Source: Octopus vulgaris
Taxonomy: Eukaryota
Reading direction: 5' to 3'
Assembly: GCA_951406725.2 (NCBI GenBank)
Contig: OX597826.1
Location: forward strand, 59,768,001 to 59,832,000
Length of the DNA stretch: 64,000 nucleotides
This document shows positions 41,576 to 55,896 of this stretch, piece by piece; the first letter of the stretch is position 1, and every line of letters starts with the position of its first letter. The translations under genes were made by a program, and so were the position numbers. The notes under the pieces were generated by a model, which was given only the letters and a program-made list of their open reading frames with translations, did not search any database and was not told where the DNA came from.

Positions 41576-41962
41576 GAAATGGATATACAAACACACACAA
41601 ACACACGCACACACACATACAAAGAGAAACACACACCCATCTCTTCTCTCTCTATTCTTATTTTGCTATATTTCCCTCTGTTTGTGTCTCTGTACACAGG
41701 CACGCACTCAAAACTCATATATAGACATAAACTAGCACGTGCATACACTACATATACGTAAATTTGTACGCACACACTAACAGTTGAGGCACAACTGTTT
41801 GTGCCCTGTGTGGTGACTATCAAAATGTTGTACCAGTGAGCGAAGCTTCTTCCTTTTGCATAAATGTTTAAAGTTCGTATGCGGCTGCTTACACTATATA
41901 GTCACTTTACCCTGTCCTTCCCATTGAATTCAAGAATCAGACTTCCTCAGCCGAGTTCGATG

Positions 41963-42016
<54 letters not shown>

Positions 42017-42996
42017 TTTGCAAATACAGATAGATTACTGATACTGTGTCTTTAGCCAACTGAAGCAGATGCCTTCTTGGGACTATAAACTACAGTAGCA
42101 TCGTCCTTTATGGGTCAGTCATATTTAGGTGGCAAAAATACCGTACGATGTCCTGCTGCTACTGTTTATATCTCGCCTGGAAATATATTATTGCTTGTAT
42201 ATATATATACATGTATGTATGTATTATGTGTGTATATATGAATGTGTGTATGTATATATGTATGTATTTACGTATGTTTGTTTGTGGCATGTTTGTTTGC
42301 CTTCAACTGGGATGTTCAAGCTAATTGTTGTCTAAGAAAAGAAACAAGGTAATATGCAAAAGGAAGGAGGAAACCGTATAATATAAAGTGGGTATATTCT
42401 TGAGAAAACGCTCGCTAATACATAAGGGAACAATTAAAAATTATATAACAACCAAAATGATATTAGAATATAGATTGCAAACAAATGCGACATAATTTGT
42501 CGAAAATGGTTGAAAAAAAAATTAAGAAAAACTCTTTTCCGTAGTGAAACTGTTTGCTTAGAACTATTAGTCTGAGAAAATGTCACTTAACAAAGATGTA
42601 GAATTACGATGTATAGAAATATTTTTTATGTCCTTATGCATGAATATTTGCTTATTTATTTAACTATCATTGTTAACCTGAAGAGTGACTATAATTTCAA
42701 ATTGAATTGATTTTCGATGAAATTTAAATTTAATTGTAATTCGAATTTAATTACAGCCATGAAACGTAGGTAGTGATTTTTACTTATTATATATTGATTA
42801 TTCATTTTTATACTTTTTGTGATCTAGTTATATGTTTTATAAAAATATATTGTATTTTTTATTTGATTTGGTCTATGTCTATCATTGTTGAATTGCATAA
42901 AAGTGGTTTTTTTCTCTAATTTATATACATATATATATATATACATACACACGCACACACACACACATATATATATATTATATATATATATATATA

Positions 42997-43330
42997 TGAC
43001 TGTGTGGTAAGTAGCTGCTTACCAACCATATGGTTACGGGTTCAGTCCCACTGCGTGGCCTCAAAGCTTTGCTAATTGATTTGGTAGAGGGAAACTGAAA
43101 GAAGCCCGTCGAATATATGTGTATGTTTGAATGTCTGTGTTTGTCCGCAACATCGCTTGACAACCGATGCTGGTTTGTTTACGGCCCCGTAACGTAGCGG
43201 TTAAGCAAAAGAGACCGATAAAATAAGTACTAGACTTACAAAGAATAAGTCCCGTTGTCGATTTGTTTCGACTAAAGGCGGTGTTCCAGCATGTCCGCAG
43301 TCAAATGACTGAAACAAATAAAAGAATTAA
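42997..43330 (+). mobile_element. SINE family A with small internal deletion
   Basis: Matches family A. Confidence 0.9.
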
Positions 43331-44176
43331 AAAAAAAACATATATATATATTCTCACATGCTTATATGCTCATATGCACGTACGATGCGGAAGTGAGATA
43401 TAATGTACATGCATGTAATTAGCCAGGCAGTAATTATATAGACAGACAGATACAGAGGGAAAAACAGACATATTTTAGTAGAGAAGCAGCACTGACGTTA
43501 ATTGAACTAAGTAATGTATTATGTACAGCAGTGCAATCTAAGCAGGAGGACGTATATTAAGAATCTATGCGTTGCACCTGATGCCATTCTGCAACGCTAA
43601 CCTTGTATAAATGTCTCTGTTGCACAATATGAAGTTACTATAGTTCAAACTATTTACTATATATATATATGTTTGAGTACTAAGCGTTCAAATATATACA
43701 AAACACATAAGCTATTGTAGGAACTGTATTAAAATTAGTCTATATCTTATCCACGTGTTTAAATAATACAGTATTATTTCGCTAGGGAGTTGTGAAATCG
43801 ATGGAAAATATGTCTGCCATAACAGAATTTGCTCTAAATTCAATATTATAGAGAGAACGAAAAAAAATATGTATATCTAAAGCAAATACTGACTAAAAAT
43901 AGAGTGAATTAAATAATTAAAGAAATATTTATTTTACAGTTCACCCACATCTCGATAAGCCACGGGGGCTTACTATTATTAACAAGAAAAAAATGAATAT
44001 AAATCAAGTCGTGTGCATTATGCATGTGCAAATATATATATGTTTTTACATATGTAATAATATATATGCACCTACTTATATACATATATATATATGCATA
44101 TATATATGTTTATATAAATGTATATGTATATGTTTATATAAATGTATATCTATATTTACATATATATATATGTATA

Positions 44177-44242
<66 letters not shown>

Positions 44243-44385
44243 TGTATGTGAGTAAGTACCTATGTAGCGAAGTTTGTATATTACAGTATATCCATTTACA
44301 ATTATATCATATACAGGCATTTGTGTGCATGTGCGTGAATGTGTGCGTGTATAAATATAAACATATATACACATATGAATATTTA

Positions 44386-44476
<91 letters not shown>

Positions 44477-44551
44477 TTATATAAATATATATACACGCAC
44501 ACACACACACTCACTTACACATACATATATGTATGTAAGTACAAATATAAC

Positions 44552-44605
<54 letters not shown>

Positions 44606-45682
44606 AGTATGTATGTATGCGTTTATATGCTCATATGTGCATAATTTCATATGAATAAGTGTATGTATGTTTTTATATGTACATGTATACTGTGTTATTC
44701 TGTGAAATAATTAATTAGAAAAAAAATCGTCATCGGCGAAAAGCGGAAATAATTATACCTATGAGGAACAAAGTATAATTAGATACTGTAAAACATAAAA
44801 TCATCATGATGAACATCATCACCAACACTACCACCACCACCACCACCACCACCACTACCACTCTTTTAACCACCATCGCCAATACCACTCTTTCAACCAC
44901 CACCACTACCACCATCATCATCGTTATCGAACTAAACACATTTACTATCACAAATCCTAACACCGTTAACATCTTCACCACAAATGATATCACCGTTGAC
45001 ATCAACGTCTTAATATTATGAACTTGCAGCATCATCGTTGTCAAGAACACTCTTAGTCATCATAAACGACATCATCCACTTCCGAGTCAACATCATCACT
45101 AATATCAATATTGTATTCGTGAACATAATATATCCAGTCGTTAAAAAATTTATCGAAACAGATATGTGCAGACGAGACGCTACTATATAAATTCTATATA
45201 AATTCTATAAATCATATATCATTTCTATATATGATAAATATATGAAATGTATCATCAAACCCGTTTCAAGGAAGCCAGTCCAATGTCAGTTGAAAGTAAA
45301 GGAGTGAAAAATATAATAAACCAAAAGCAAGCAGAAATATAAAAATAATATAAGTAGTGGTCTATAACTTTACATTATATTAAATATAAAGTAAGAAGTA
45401 GAAGGGAAATAATGTAAGAGTGCAAAAGGCAGTGTTGCTCTGTTTCTATTGTGACTCTCATTAACTTTTATCTTACTGGTATTTGTAACCAATTAAAGTG
45501 GGAATTAGCTACGATTGAGGATGCGTAATTGAATCTATAGTGCAGAAGTGTCAATCTTGTTTGATGAAAATGCATATTACGTATACAATGATGCTTTTGT
45601 ACGTGAATATCTGGTGAAGTTAAAATGCTTAGTTCTCAAGCAAAAATTCTCAGATGTCCTTGCATTATATAGTTTCATGAGG

Positions 45683-46440
45683 ACGGCGCGCTGGCAGAAT
45701 TGTTAGTGCGCTGGACGAAATGCTTAGCTTCTGAGTTCAAATTCCGCCAATGCCGACTTTGCCTTTCATCCTTTCGGAGTCTATTAAATAAATACCATTT
45801 GCACACTGGGGTCAATGTACTCGACTTGATCCGTTTGTCTGTCCTTGTTTGTCCTCTCTGTGTTTAGCCCCTTGTGGGTAATAAAGAAATAGGTATTTCG
45901 TCCGTCGCTACGTTCTGAGTTCAAATACCACCGAGGTCGACTTTGCCTTTCATCCTTTCGGAGTCTATTAAATAAGTGCCAGTTGCACACTGGGGTCAAT
46001 GTACTCGACTTGATCTGTTTGTCTGTCCTTGTTTGTCCTCTCTGTGTTTAGCCCCTTGTGGGTAGTAAAGAAATAGGTATTTCGTCCGTCGCTACGTTCT
46101 GAGTTCAAATACCACCGAGGTCGACTTTGCCTTTCATCCATTCGGGGTTGATAAATTAAGTATCAGTAAAACACTGGGGTCGATGTAATCGACTAGTCCC
46201 CTCCCCACCAATTTCAGACCTTGTGTCTATATGAGACTTCCTTGTCTCATGAGGACGGCGAGCTGGCAGAATTGTTTGTACGCGAGACAGAATGTTTAGC
46301 AGTATTTCGTCCGTCCCTACATACGGAATTCAATTTCCGCCGAGGTCGACTTTGCCTTTTATCGCTTCCAGATCGAGACAATAAGTACCAGTCAAGTGCT
46401 GGGGTTGATTGATTTCGACTAATACTCCTCCACACACAAA
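45683..46440 (+). mobile_element. SINE family B concatemer (184-bp period) plus a further copy at 46254
   Basis: AAAGAAATA|GGTATTTCGTCCGTCG junctions at 45892 and 46076. Confidence 0.88.
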
Positions 46441-46645
46441 ATGTCTGAAGAAACATCTGGAAACTTTAGAAATACCCTACGATCTAGATGTATTACAAAA
46501 TTCGGTATTACTTTGAACAGCACGCATATTGCGTAAAATACTGTCTCTCTGAGCTCCTTGTGACTTGACAAACAGTGCAAACCCCCGGTAGACACTAAAT
46601 CTTCAATCAACAACATCACGATATTGGATACTGTGCGACGTCTTA

Positions 46646-46719
<74 letters not shown>

Positions 46720-47146
46720 TAATAATAACAACAACAACAACAACGATAAGCAACATCAATGAAATGGGTAACAAGACAAACAACAAGTTTTATCAATAGA
46801 GACAATATCACATTTTGTGAATGTTTGACTTGATATGAAATCGATAATGTAATAAGTGAATTTTATTGACTTCAAAAGTTTATCAAATATTTACATTGCC
46901 GATAGGCACGCAGGAGATGAAAATCAAATCATGGTCATCGTCCTCATCGTCCTCATCGTCTTTATTATCATCATTATCATCTTCGACAGTGTTGTTATCG
47001 AAATAATCATCATGACCGTTGTGGACGTTTTCGACGTCTGTCATGTTTATTGATGTTTGCTTGACAAAACATGATGTGTTACGAATCGCTCCTGCGCTTG
47101 GATGTAGGAATAGTTGATTACATCCAAAGAATTAAAGGACATCTCG

Positions 47147-47985
47147 CGTGTCATATTGCGTTGAAATTTTAAGAAGAGCGGTAAGAGTCTGTTCGAAAAT
47201 ACCCTTCATTTGGATAGAAAGTAAAACATTTCATGTTCGTTGTTTTTGTAATGTATATAGAATCTTTGCTGTATATAGAATTCTTTGTTCTGTATATAGA
47301 ATCCAATATAACAAATGCAACAGTTTCTATGTTGGATGCATAACGACCGATATACATTCGCATCAAAGAACATCTAACCGCGCGAGTTTCTTCCTTCAGA
47401 AAACTTCTAGACAGATGCCAGAACATCGATAAAACACATAACAGTTACAATTGAGACCGATAACAGAAATTAAGGAGGCTATCCTCATATACAGACTAGG
47501 CCCCACATTAACAACATATTGGAAATTAGCAATCCGTATAATATTTAACTATATAGAAACCCTATACGCATGATGGTATTATGCTCATGTAAAAAATGCA
47601 CGTATAATAAAAAAAAATGTGGAAGAAACGCTGCGGATATGCCAACACACAAGAGCTGGGGACATGACCGCCCTCACGCACTTCTCAGGAAGAATTCCAG
47701 AAGGTGCTTCGTGAGACGGCTGCAGAGTCGCTTCCGACAAATTTCAGTAACCGTTGGAAAACCGATTATAACAGTAACTCCATTAATTTGTAGCAATATC
47801 TGAAGAATGAATTTTTATATTCCGAATTATTATATTAGACTATGAATAATTAAATTATTTATAACACTCTGCATTATCGTGTCATTACAGACACGTTGTA
47901 ATTTTAAGAAGAGCGATAAAAGTCTGTTTGAAATTACCCCTCATTTGGATAAAAATAATGACATTTCATGTACTTTGTTTTACTT
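47147..47985 (+). mobile_element. Decayed Penelope-like element with partial tandem (pLTR) repeat
   Basis: VYRIQYNKCNSFYVG (GIY-YIG), KEAILIYRLGPTL; ~100-bp direct repeat 47147-47250 / 47878-47985; CTGAAGA-A-TGAAT..ATTCC-GAAT at 47800-47827. Confidence 0.7.
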
Positions 47986-48599
47986 CAAAATGATTTTAGT
48001 TACTTATAAGCTATAATGCAGTATTTACCTAACAAGAGTTGTAGCAAACACTGTGTGTAATGGTGAAAGCAGAAGCATAAAGAGAAATACGTTCCCTACC
48101 TGCCAAAACAAATTTGTCGTAAATACTACAAGCTGACATTTAACAGAATGTAAAATTGAAAACAAGCAAGAAAAATAACACCAGGCTGATTGGCAAACAT
48201 ACGTGGTAAAAAAACTGATCTGTCACGAAAAACGGTGGAAAAATGGAAACAAACCGTTGTTACGTGGAAGTAGATATCGTCAACAGCAGCAACAACATTC
48301 ACACACATTCCGATGCGAATTCGGTTGTGCGTAAATTAGAGTGGATTTCGGAGCAGCTTTATGATCATGGATTGCAAGGGCGATTGATTGCGTGGTTAAG
48401 AACCTCGTTTTGCAACCACGTAGTTTCAAGTTTAGTCCCACTGGGCGGCATCACGGGTAAGACCCCCAGGCCAAGCTATGCCTTATGGATGAATTTGAAA
48501 GACAAGATTTCTCTGGAAACTCTTTTCTTTTTTTCTCTCTCTCTCTCCCTCTCTCGCTCTCCCTCCCTCTGGTTTTCTCATTTATACTTTTCAAACTTC

Positions 48600-48820
48600 T
48601 TTATTTTTACTTCTTTTAGTCATTTGACTGCGGTCATGCTGAAGCACTACAACAAAATGTATTTTAGTAGAAGAAATCGACTCTAGGATCTATTCCTTGT
48701 GAACCTAGTAATTATTGTATCGGCTTGTTTTCCCGAACCGCTGTGTTACGGAGACGTAAACACGCCAACGTCGGTTGGCAATCGATGGTGGCAGGACAAA
48801 CACAGACACAAAGATACACA
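48600..48820 (-). mobile_element. SINE family A tail
   Basis: AGTCATTTGACTGCGGTCATGCTG...GGACAAACACAGACAC. Confidence 0.8.
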
Positions 48821-48869
48821 TATAAATATAAACATATATCTGCGTGAGTGCGTGTGTATGTGTATATGT

Positions 48870-48922
<53 letters not shown>

Positions 48923-49329
48923 CACTAGCAATGCATCCTGGCGTTGCCCAGGTGTTATGACCTATAAGCACATCGTATTATTCGCTCCTTTCTTATAGGC
49001 AGAATCGGCGCAGCAGATATATAATTAATGGAATAATGGAAGTTATTTTTTTGTCTAAAAGTGAAGGGCGAGGCTACAATTCGCATAGGTTTGAATGAAA
49101 GTGCTTTCTGTTCTTAAGAATAATCAAAAAGCTATGTAATGTTTCATCGAATAATAGAGGATTAATACGATTTGTCTAGAAATCATGATTTTAAAATATT
49201 AATTTCCCCCAATCCCCATTGCAATTTCTTAATTTGTAAATTTTTTCAATTTTTTTTTTCTCTACGTTGAAAAATACATTATATTATAGTTTAATTTTTA
49301 TTAAAGAAACACACAATGCCCCTTCCGCT

Positions 49330-49650
49330 TCGACGGGCTTCTTTCAGTTTCTGCCTACCAAATCTACTCACAAGGCTTTGGTCGGCCCGAGGCTGTAGTA
49401 GAAGACTCTTGCCCAAGGTGCTTCGCAGTGGAACTGAACTCTGAGAGCCTTTGTGTCTACATTTTTCCCTCCCCCACCAATTGAAGACTGATGTTCGTTT
49501 CTCTACTTTAACGCAACTTAGTGATTCAGCAACATCACTTGTTAGCATAAGCGCCAAACTTAAGAATATAGGCACGGGGTGTGTGTGATTTGGTTGACAA
49601 TATCCTGCTAGGTGATGTCCCAGCATGGCCGCCGATCACTGGAACAAGTA
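49330..49650. mobile_element. Rearranged SINE family A fragments (head on -, decayed tail on +)
   Basis: CGACGGGCTTCTTTCAGTTT...GAACTGAAC, then tail-like GTCCAGCATGGCCG. Confidence 0.65.
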
Positions 49651-49811
49651 GAGGAAAAAAGATAAATGATGTCAAATATCCAGTCAGGAAAGTGATCGGT
49701 AGCAAAATAAATTGCATCACAATGCTTGAAGTACTTTTGCAGGACTTGGTATGCAGTACAATGCAGTACAATGACATGCCTTTATCTAGCAAAGTTTAAA
49801 AAAAAAACTAG

Positions 49812-50092
49812 CATTCCGTCGGCTACGACGATGAGTGTTCCAGTGGAGCTGATCAACGGAAGACCCTGCTCTTGATATTAACGTGTAAGCGGCTGAGCAT
49901 TCCACCGACACTTATTCCCTGAACGTAGTTCCTAGAGAGACTCAGCATGACACAGAGTGTGATAAGACTAGCCCTTTGAAATAAATACAGGTACTACTCA
50001 TTTTTGCCAGATAACTAAACTGGAGGAATGTGAAATAAAGTGCTTTTGCTCTGGTACAAAATACGCTGCCGGGAATCAAGCTTCCGACCTTA
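49812..50092 (-). mobile_element. Decayed SINE (family D)
   Basis: Minus strand shares AGC(A)AAAGCACTTTATTTCAC..TCCAGTTTA with the SINE at 38026 but has a different tail. Confidence 0.6.
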
Positions 50093-50132
50093 ACAAAGTT
50101 ATGGCCACTGACAAAGATACTAAAGTTCTGAA

Positions 50133-50537
50133 TATGTAGGAGTGGCTGTGTGGTAAGTAGCTTGCTTACCAACCACATGGTTGCGGATTCAGTCCCACTG
50201 CGTGGCACCTTTGGCAAGTGTCTTCTACTATAGCCTCAGGCCGACCAAAGTCTTGTGAGTGGATATGGTAGACGAAAACTGAAAGAAGCCCGTCGTATAT
50301 ATATGTCTATGTATATATATGTGTGTATGTATGTGTGTCTGTGTTTGTCCCCACCTCCAACATCTCTTCACAACCGATGCCAGTGTGTTTACGTTCCCGT
50401 AACTTAGCGGTTCGGCAAAAGAGACCGATAGAATAAGTACTAGGCTAACAAAGAATAAGTCCTGGGGTCGATTTGCTCGACTAGCGGCAGTGTTCCAGCA
50501 TGGCCGCAATCAAATAACTGAAACAAGTAAAAGAGTA
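50133..50537 (+). mobile_element. SINE family A, full length
   Basis: Matches family A end to end. Confidence 0.93.
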
Positions 50538-50909
50538 TATACTAAACGTGGTAGAAACTGAGTAGTCGGTGTTGTGTATCGGAATGTTTCCCTACATTGT
50601 GTACATATTCTGCGCTTGAAATTATGTGATTTGTTATATATTTTTGTGGATGTTGGTGCTTAAGGGTTTGTCGTATGTGGTGTTCTGTCACACAGAACTT
50701 TTGAACTGTGTCTTATTACGTCTGTCTCGAATATATGCGGTTGTCAATCGTAACATTAAATTAATTCTTGCAGGAATTTTATCTACGTTGAAGTTTCTGA
50801 TGTCGAGTATAATACTTAAGTTTATAACTAAGGTTGCCGTTCCTGACGTCACTGACACTAACATGTGTGACTGTCACCTTTTCTTTGTGTGTGTGTATGT
50901 GTGCGTGTG

Positions 50910-50969
<60 letters not shown>

Positions 50970-51947
50970 GAAGGAGCTTCTAGTATATATATATTTATAT
51001 ATATATATACACACAGAAACACACATGCAGACATATAACAAATGGTATAAATGTTCGTTACTTGGTTGGTAGATTTCTACAGTTACATTGCACGTCGAAG
51101 AGAATGAGAATGAGAGAAATATAATGAGACATAGATAAATAGATATACAGAGTGAGGGAGAGAGAGGCGAGAAAGAGAGAGACGATGAGAGAGAGAATAT
51201 GAGTGGTTCAGGGTCAATACCGACATTAGGCTGGTTGAAAGAGAGAGAAAGAGAGAGAGAGAGAGAGCATAATAAAGAGAGGCATAATTCCAACTTTTTG
51301 CAACATCACTTATATTAATTGTGGTGACTTTCTAAATAATGTAAAGATGTTTCAATGTCATTTTGCAGAAATAGGTTTACAACATATTAGATTGCTAAAA
51401 CTTATAATTATTGCAAATATACTAATGAAAAAATGTATTAATTACATTCTAAACTAGTACATATACTTCTTTAGAGAATTAGTACACATATACGCACAGA
51501 AGCATACACACACAATCACAGAGTATACCATACACACACATATAGGTCTATAGCATAATTTAAGTATGTGTGACAAGTGATTGTTCCTATAACTTCGTTA
51601 TGAGTTTACAGCTGTTTCATAATATTTCCCCTGTAGGATTAATATTTTCAGGAAGCCAATGTATGTATAGAATTATATCTGCATCAATATATATGATCAG
51701 CATTATAAAATACTAATGTACATTTAAAATTAATGCATATAAGAAATGCTAGTCAGCAGATAAGCAGTATGTCATTGTTATTTCTACCATTCGGCTCGAT
51801 TCAACTGGCAGCCGTATCCGAATAAGAAGCTTACTGTTACAGCCATATGATTCACTGAATCCATAATGTCTACTGTTCTCTTATATACATTAATATGTAT
51901 AAAATCTGTGTGTGCGTGTCTGTGTGTGCGTGTTTATATAAAATATG

Positions 51948-52149
<202 letters not shown>

Positions 52150-52341
52150 CTAGAGAGAGTGAGAGAGTGCAAGGAAGAAAATGGAGAAGCACAATATTTG
52201 GTTCATCAACTTTTGGACATTGAAATGTTAACTTATTTATTTATTAAAATGACAATTATAATAATATACATACATTTGGCATATTATTGTATGCATATAA
52301 AATAAGAATATGAATAAGAAATTTATATATATATGTATAGA

Positions 52342-53125
52342 TACGATGTGGTATCAAGAAGTTTCCCAACTAGTTATGTTTAATAATAATAGTGTATTTA
52401 CCGAAGCCGTTACAAATCTTCGAAATAGTGAGCTTGCGCAGTAATACGCCGGTCTTAGGGTTCCTACCACTTTTGGTATCCGAGTTGTAAGTCGTTTTCC
52501 ATTCGCGTGTCAAGGATCTTCTGCGATTCGCTCTTGACCTAGACAACGGTGTTAAAACGGTAACATTTGACCTGCCCCTTTTCTCATGCGGAAGAGATGG
52601 TAATCCACTGGTGCTGAATGTGGCGAATAGGTCAGGTGTGCAAGCGATACCATGTTGTTTTTTGGCGGGACACCCACAAGTGAGGAGATCTCGTAGAGAG
52701 AGTGCATTGTCGATGTAAAGTGTCCAGTTCATTACTCTCCAGAGATGCGGTTGCTTCCACCGAATGTCCTTGCTCAGACGCTAGAAAACATCCTTGATTG
52801 TCCTCCAATGTTGCTCATGCACAAGCGGATGAAGTTTCAAAACAGTTCCAGGGGTAACGCTCCTGGCAGGTCTTTCACATGGTTCATCGTCTTCCAGGGA
52901 CATTCTTTCTCTCTCGATGCTCCCATTGCCATTAGAATCATTGCGTACAAACCATTGCCTCGTTGTAAGCTTGCCGAAGGATGTTAAGCGTCTCAGTAGC
53001 AGACTACCAAAGTTTAATACAAAATTCCGCAAAATTGGCCCTTTGATTCAGCTTCCTTTCCATGAAAAAAATCGCAGTCTACAGCATACATGTGATCCCC
53101 AGAAAACATAAATTTCACAACTTCC
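52342..53125 (-). mobile_element. Decayed mariner transposon
   Basis: Minus-strand SLEDDEPCERP..HWRTI (mariner HTH region); TACG.. end at 52342. Confidence 0.72.
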
Positions 53126-53127
53126 GA

Positions 53128-53188
53128 AGGCGTAGATGTCGCTGTGTGGTAAGTAGTTTGTTTACGAACCACATTGTTCCGGGTTCAG
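53128..53188 (+). mobile_element. SINE family A head only, fused to the downstream element
   Basis: GCTGTGTGGTAAGTAGTTTG..GTTCCGGGTTCAG, then abrupt switch. Confidence 0.8.
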
Positions 53189-53551
53189 GTTTTTGGCTAA
53201 TTTTGAAAGAAATATCGGCAATTTATTTGCTGCCAGAAAGTACCGCACTTGCGCAGGGGATTTGGAAAAATTATATCATATAAACACGAGGCATGTTCTT
53301 TATCGCCTCGTGTCTATATGTGAGCCCTGGCATCCTGCTGACGAAGCAACACCAGTTGTAAATTAAAATTAATTTATTTTATTTACATAAGATTGCAGAA
53401 ACTATGCATAGTCCAGGAAAGATAGGGTAAATGTTTTTAATTTTCATTTCCTTTCAGAATTGCAACTATTAGTGGCTTGGAGTTTTAACTACTCTTTCTA
53501 GTGAGTCAGATGTCCTATTATGGTCATCTCTTATGTGTTTAAATGCACACT

Positions 53552-53558
<7 letters not shown>
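53187..53558 (+). mobile_element. Retrozyme-like element subfamily B, partial unit
   Basis: Highly similar to 56975-57350; ends in (TC)n(TA)n. Confidence 0.8.
53333..53418 (+). ncRNA. Type I hammerhead ribozyme (GUC cleavage)
   Basis: Stem I TCCTG/CAGGA; CTGACGA 53338-44; stem II (A)GCAA...TTGC(A); GAAA 53398-401; palindromic stem III ACTATGCATAGT; cleavage after C53413. Confidence 0.83.
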
Positions 53559-53618
<60 letters not shown>

Positions 53619-53619
<1 letters not shown>

Positions 53620-53740
53620 GAGGGGTATATGAAATGTTTAGATTCTTCAAGGCCTTTGAGCCTTGAAATCTTGTACCTTCATCAGAAGTCTTGTACCATG
53701 TTGTGCTTTTTTGAGGCTCAAGACTTTTCATACACCCCTC

Positions 53741-53741
<1 letters not shown>
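53619..53741. mobile_element. Tiny mariner-type MITE
   Basis: TIRs CGAGGGGTATATGAAA / TTTCATACACCCCTCG within (TA)n. Confidence 0.8.
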
Positions 53742-53791
<50 letters not shown>

Positions 53792-54299
53792 TGAGGGGCA
53801 ATTGTACTCCATGATTTAGATAATTTTTTTGTTCTCTACCAAAAGCTACATGTTGCACCACGATTCTCTGTGGGTCACAGTCTCAATTTTAAAAAAAATG
53901 TAGATAGACACATGAACTTCAACATGATTCTTATTTCCTCTCTCGAACAATTATATAAATTCTGTTATTTATACATTCAGTGCTCAGTTTCATCAGAATC
54001 TTCCGCAAATGTTCGTAATTTCTCCTGGGAAAGTTTTCCCATGAATGACATTGAGTATTTTCATGTCACAATGCGAGAACTACGTTGACACTTTGGGGCT
54101 TCTGCTGACATATTTTGTTCCCTAAAAAGGTAACGAAAGTGATATCTTCGGTTACAACTTGGGACTTTAAATTCTCCACAGCCTTTTTTCGTTCATTAGA
54201 TATTTTCTATCTATCTCATCCTCATGTATTAGAGAAGTGTAACTTTCGGAATGCTATTTGATGTAATTCCCTTGAATTCCAGTGAATATATTCCCCTTA

Positions 54300-54800
54300 A
54301 TATCATCATCGTCTTCAATTTTACGTGGAACCTATGCATCCATAAGGATTCTGTGGTATTCAGTGTTTTTCTTCAAACACGTTGTGGAAATAGATTAGTA
54401 CAGCAAATCTTGCATCGCATGGAAGATCCTTGGGAAATTCAATATTCCTCAGGTGTGTCATATAGGATGTTACTCTTCACTTTTAGGAAATATTTGAAGT
54501 GTTAAATTTTCTCGCCGTCGTCTGGGAAACGTCTTCGTAGTGAAAGATTATGACATTCAAATGTTTATTTTCTGCACATTAGGCTTTTCTTTCCAGGAAG
54601 CTGCTCATATTACCGTTTCTGTAGACGATTGTATTTGATGTCAGAATCTTTTAAGGTTTTAATATATACGATAAGGATTTCTTCGATGAAGCAATCAAGT
54701 ATAACATATGTTGATATCATTGCTGGTAATACAAATATACGGTGAGATAGGATCTTTTATAAAACGATATATGATGGCACATTTTATATCCCTATATACT
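54300..54800 (-). mobile_element. Possible very decayed Penelope-like fragment
   Basis: Broken minus-strand translation NLK.ILTS...SLRRRF...LQIFP resembles the PLE at 33447. Confidence 0.3.
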
Positions 54801-55836
54801 TATCTTTGGGCACTTAATGTTTGCTCACAGCACACTAGATATAATTTCATTAATATCAGAGCATAGGCAAATCTTCGAATTAAGATTAAAAGTACTGACT
54901 TGACAGAAATCTTAGGACTTACTGCTCTTTAAATCACGCTTGTATAAAGTCATGTATACATGTTTGTATATGTATGTATGAATATATGCATGCTGTGCAA
55001 AAACATCATCATTGCATATGTGTAACTGGTTCGATTTTTCCAACTGGACACATGTATTTATTTTAATATCTACCCACACGCACGCACACGAATAGAGTTT
55101 TGAATAGACACATGCATACATATATATATTCATATGTCTGTGAACGTTTGTGTGTGTGTGTGTTAGCAAGGGACTGTATGCGATTATGTCTGTGACTGTA
55201 CCTGTAACTCTCATGCGCCAAACTTCTGCATAGATTTACACATTTTTATATTTCCAATAATAGCTTGTAATTGGAATTTCCTAATGAGCCGGGTCTTGTC
55301 TGGCTTTATAAAACTTTTCTCAAGAGTGTTGCAGAGACAGCAGGTCAAAAACCACGTATCCCAATATTTATAGGTTCAAATCTAAATGTATAGTTCAAGT
55401 GAAGTAACTACTGATTTCTCATTAGTTCTGTAGAAACGTTTACTTTCTCTTTTATCTTTAACATTATAGTAACGTCTACTGAGCACATCATTTCCACTAT
55501 TGTGCATACATTCTTTGGCTGTCTGGCACTGTGCAGCATACATTTATTCTTTCTTTATTTTGCCTACATTTTACACATGTTCTGACAATAACATTCCACC
55601 ACTATTATTTCTAGATATATGCATGCGTGTGTGTGTGTGTGTGTGTGTCTGTGTCTGCGTGTGTCTGTGTATGTGTGAGAGTGTTCATGTGTGTGTATGA
55701 GAGAGATTGAGTGAATGAGAGCAGAGTATATTCGTAAGTATGTCTTATTCTTAGCTTCTTTACATACATATATATGTCTGCATACTGAATAGATAGATAC
55801 ATAGATAGACGGATAGATAGATAGATAGTTAGAAAG

Positions 55837-55896
<60 letters not shown>

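Noticed and set aside
45683-46230. CRISPR-like array
   Set aside because: Whole 184-bp units repeat with no unique spacers; eukaryotic SINE sequence.
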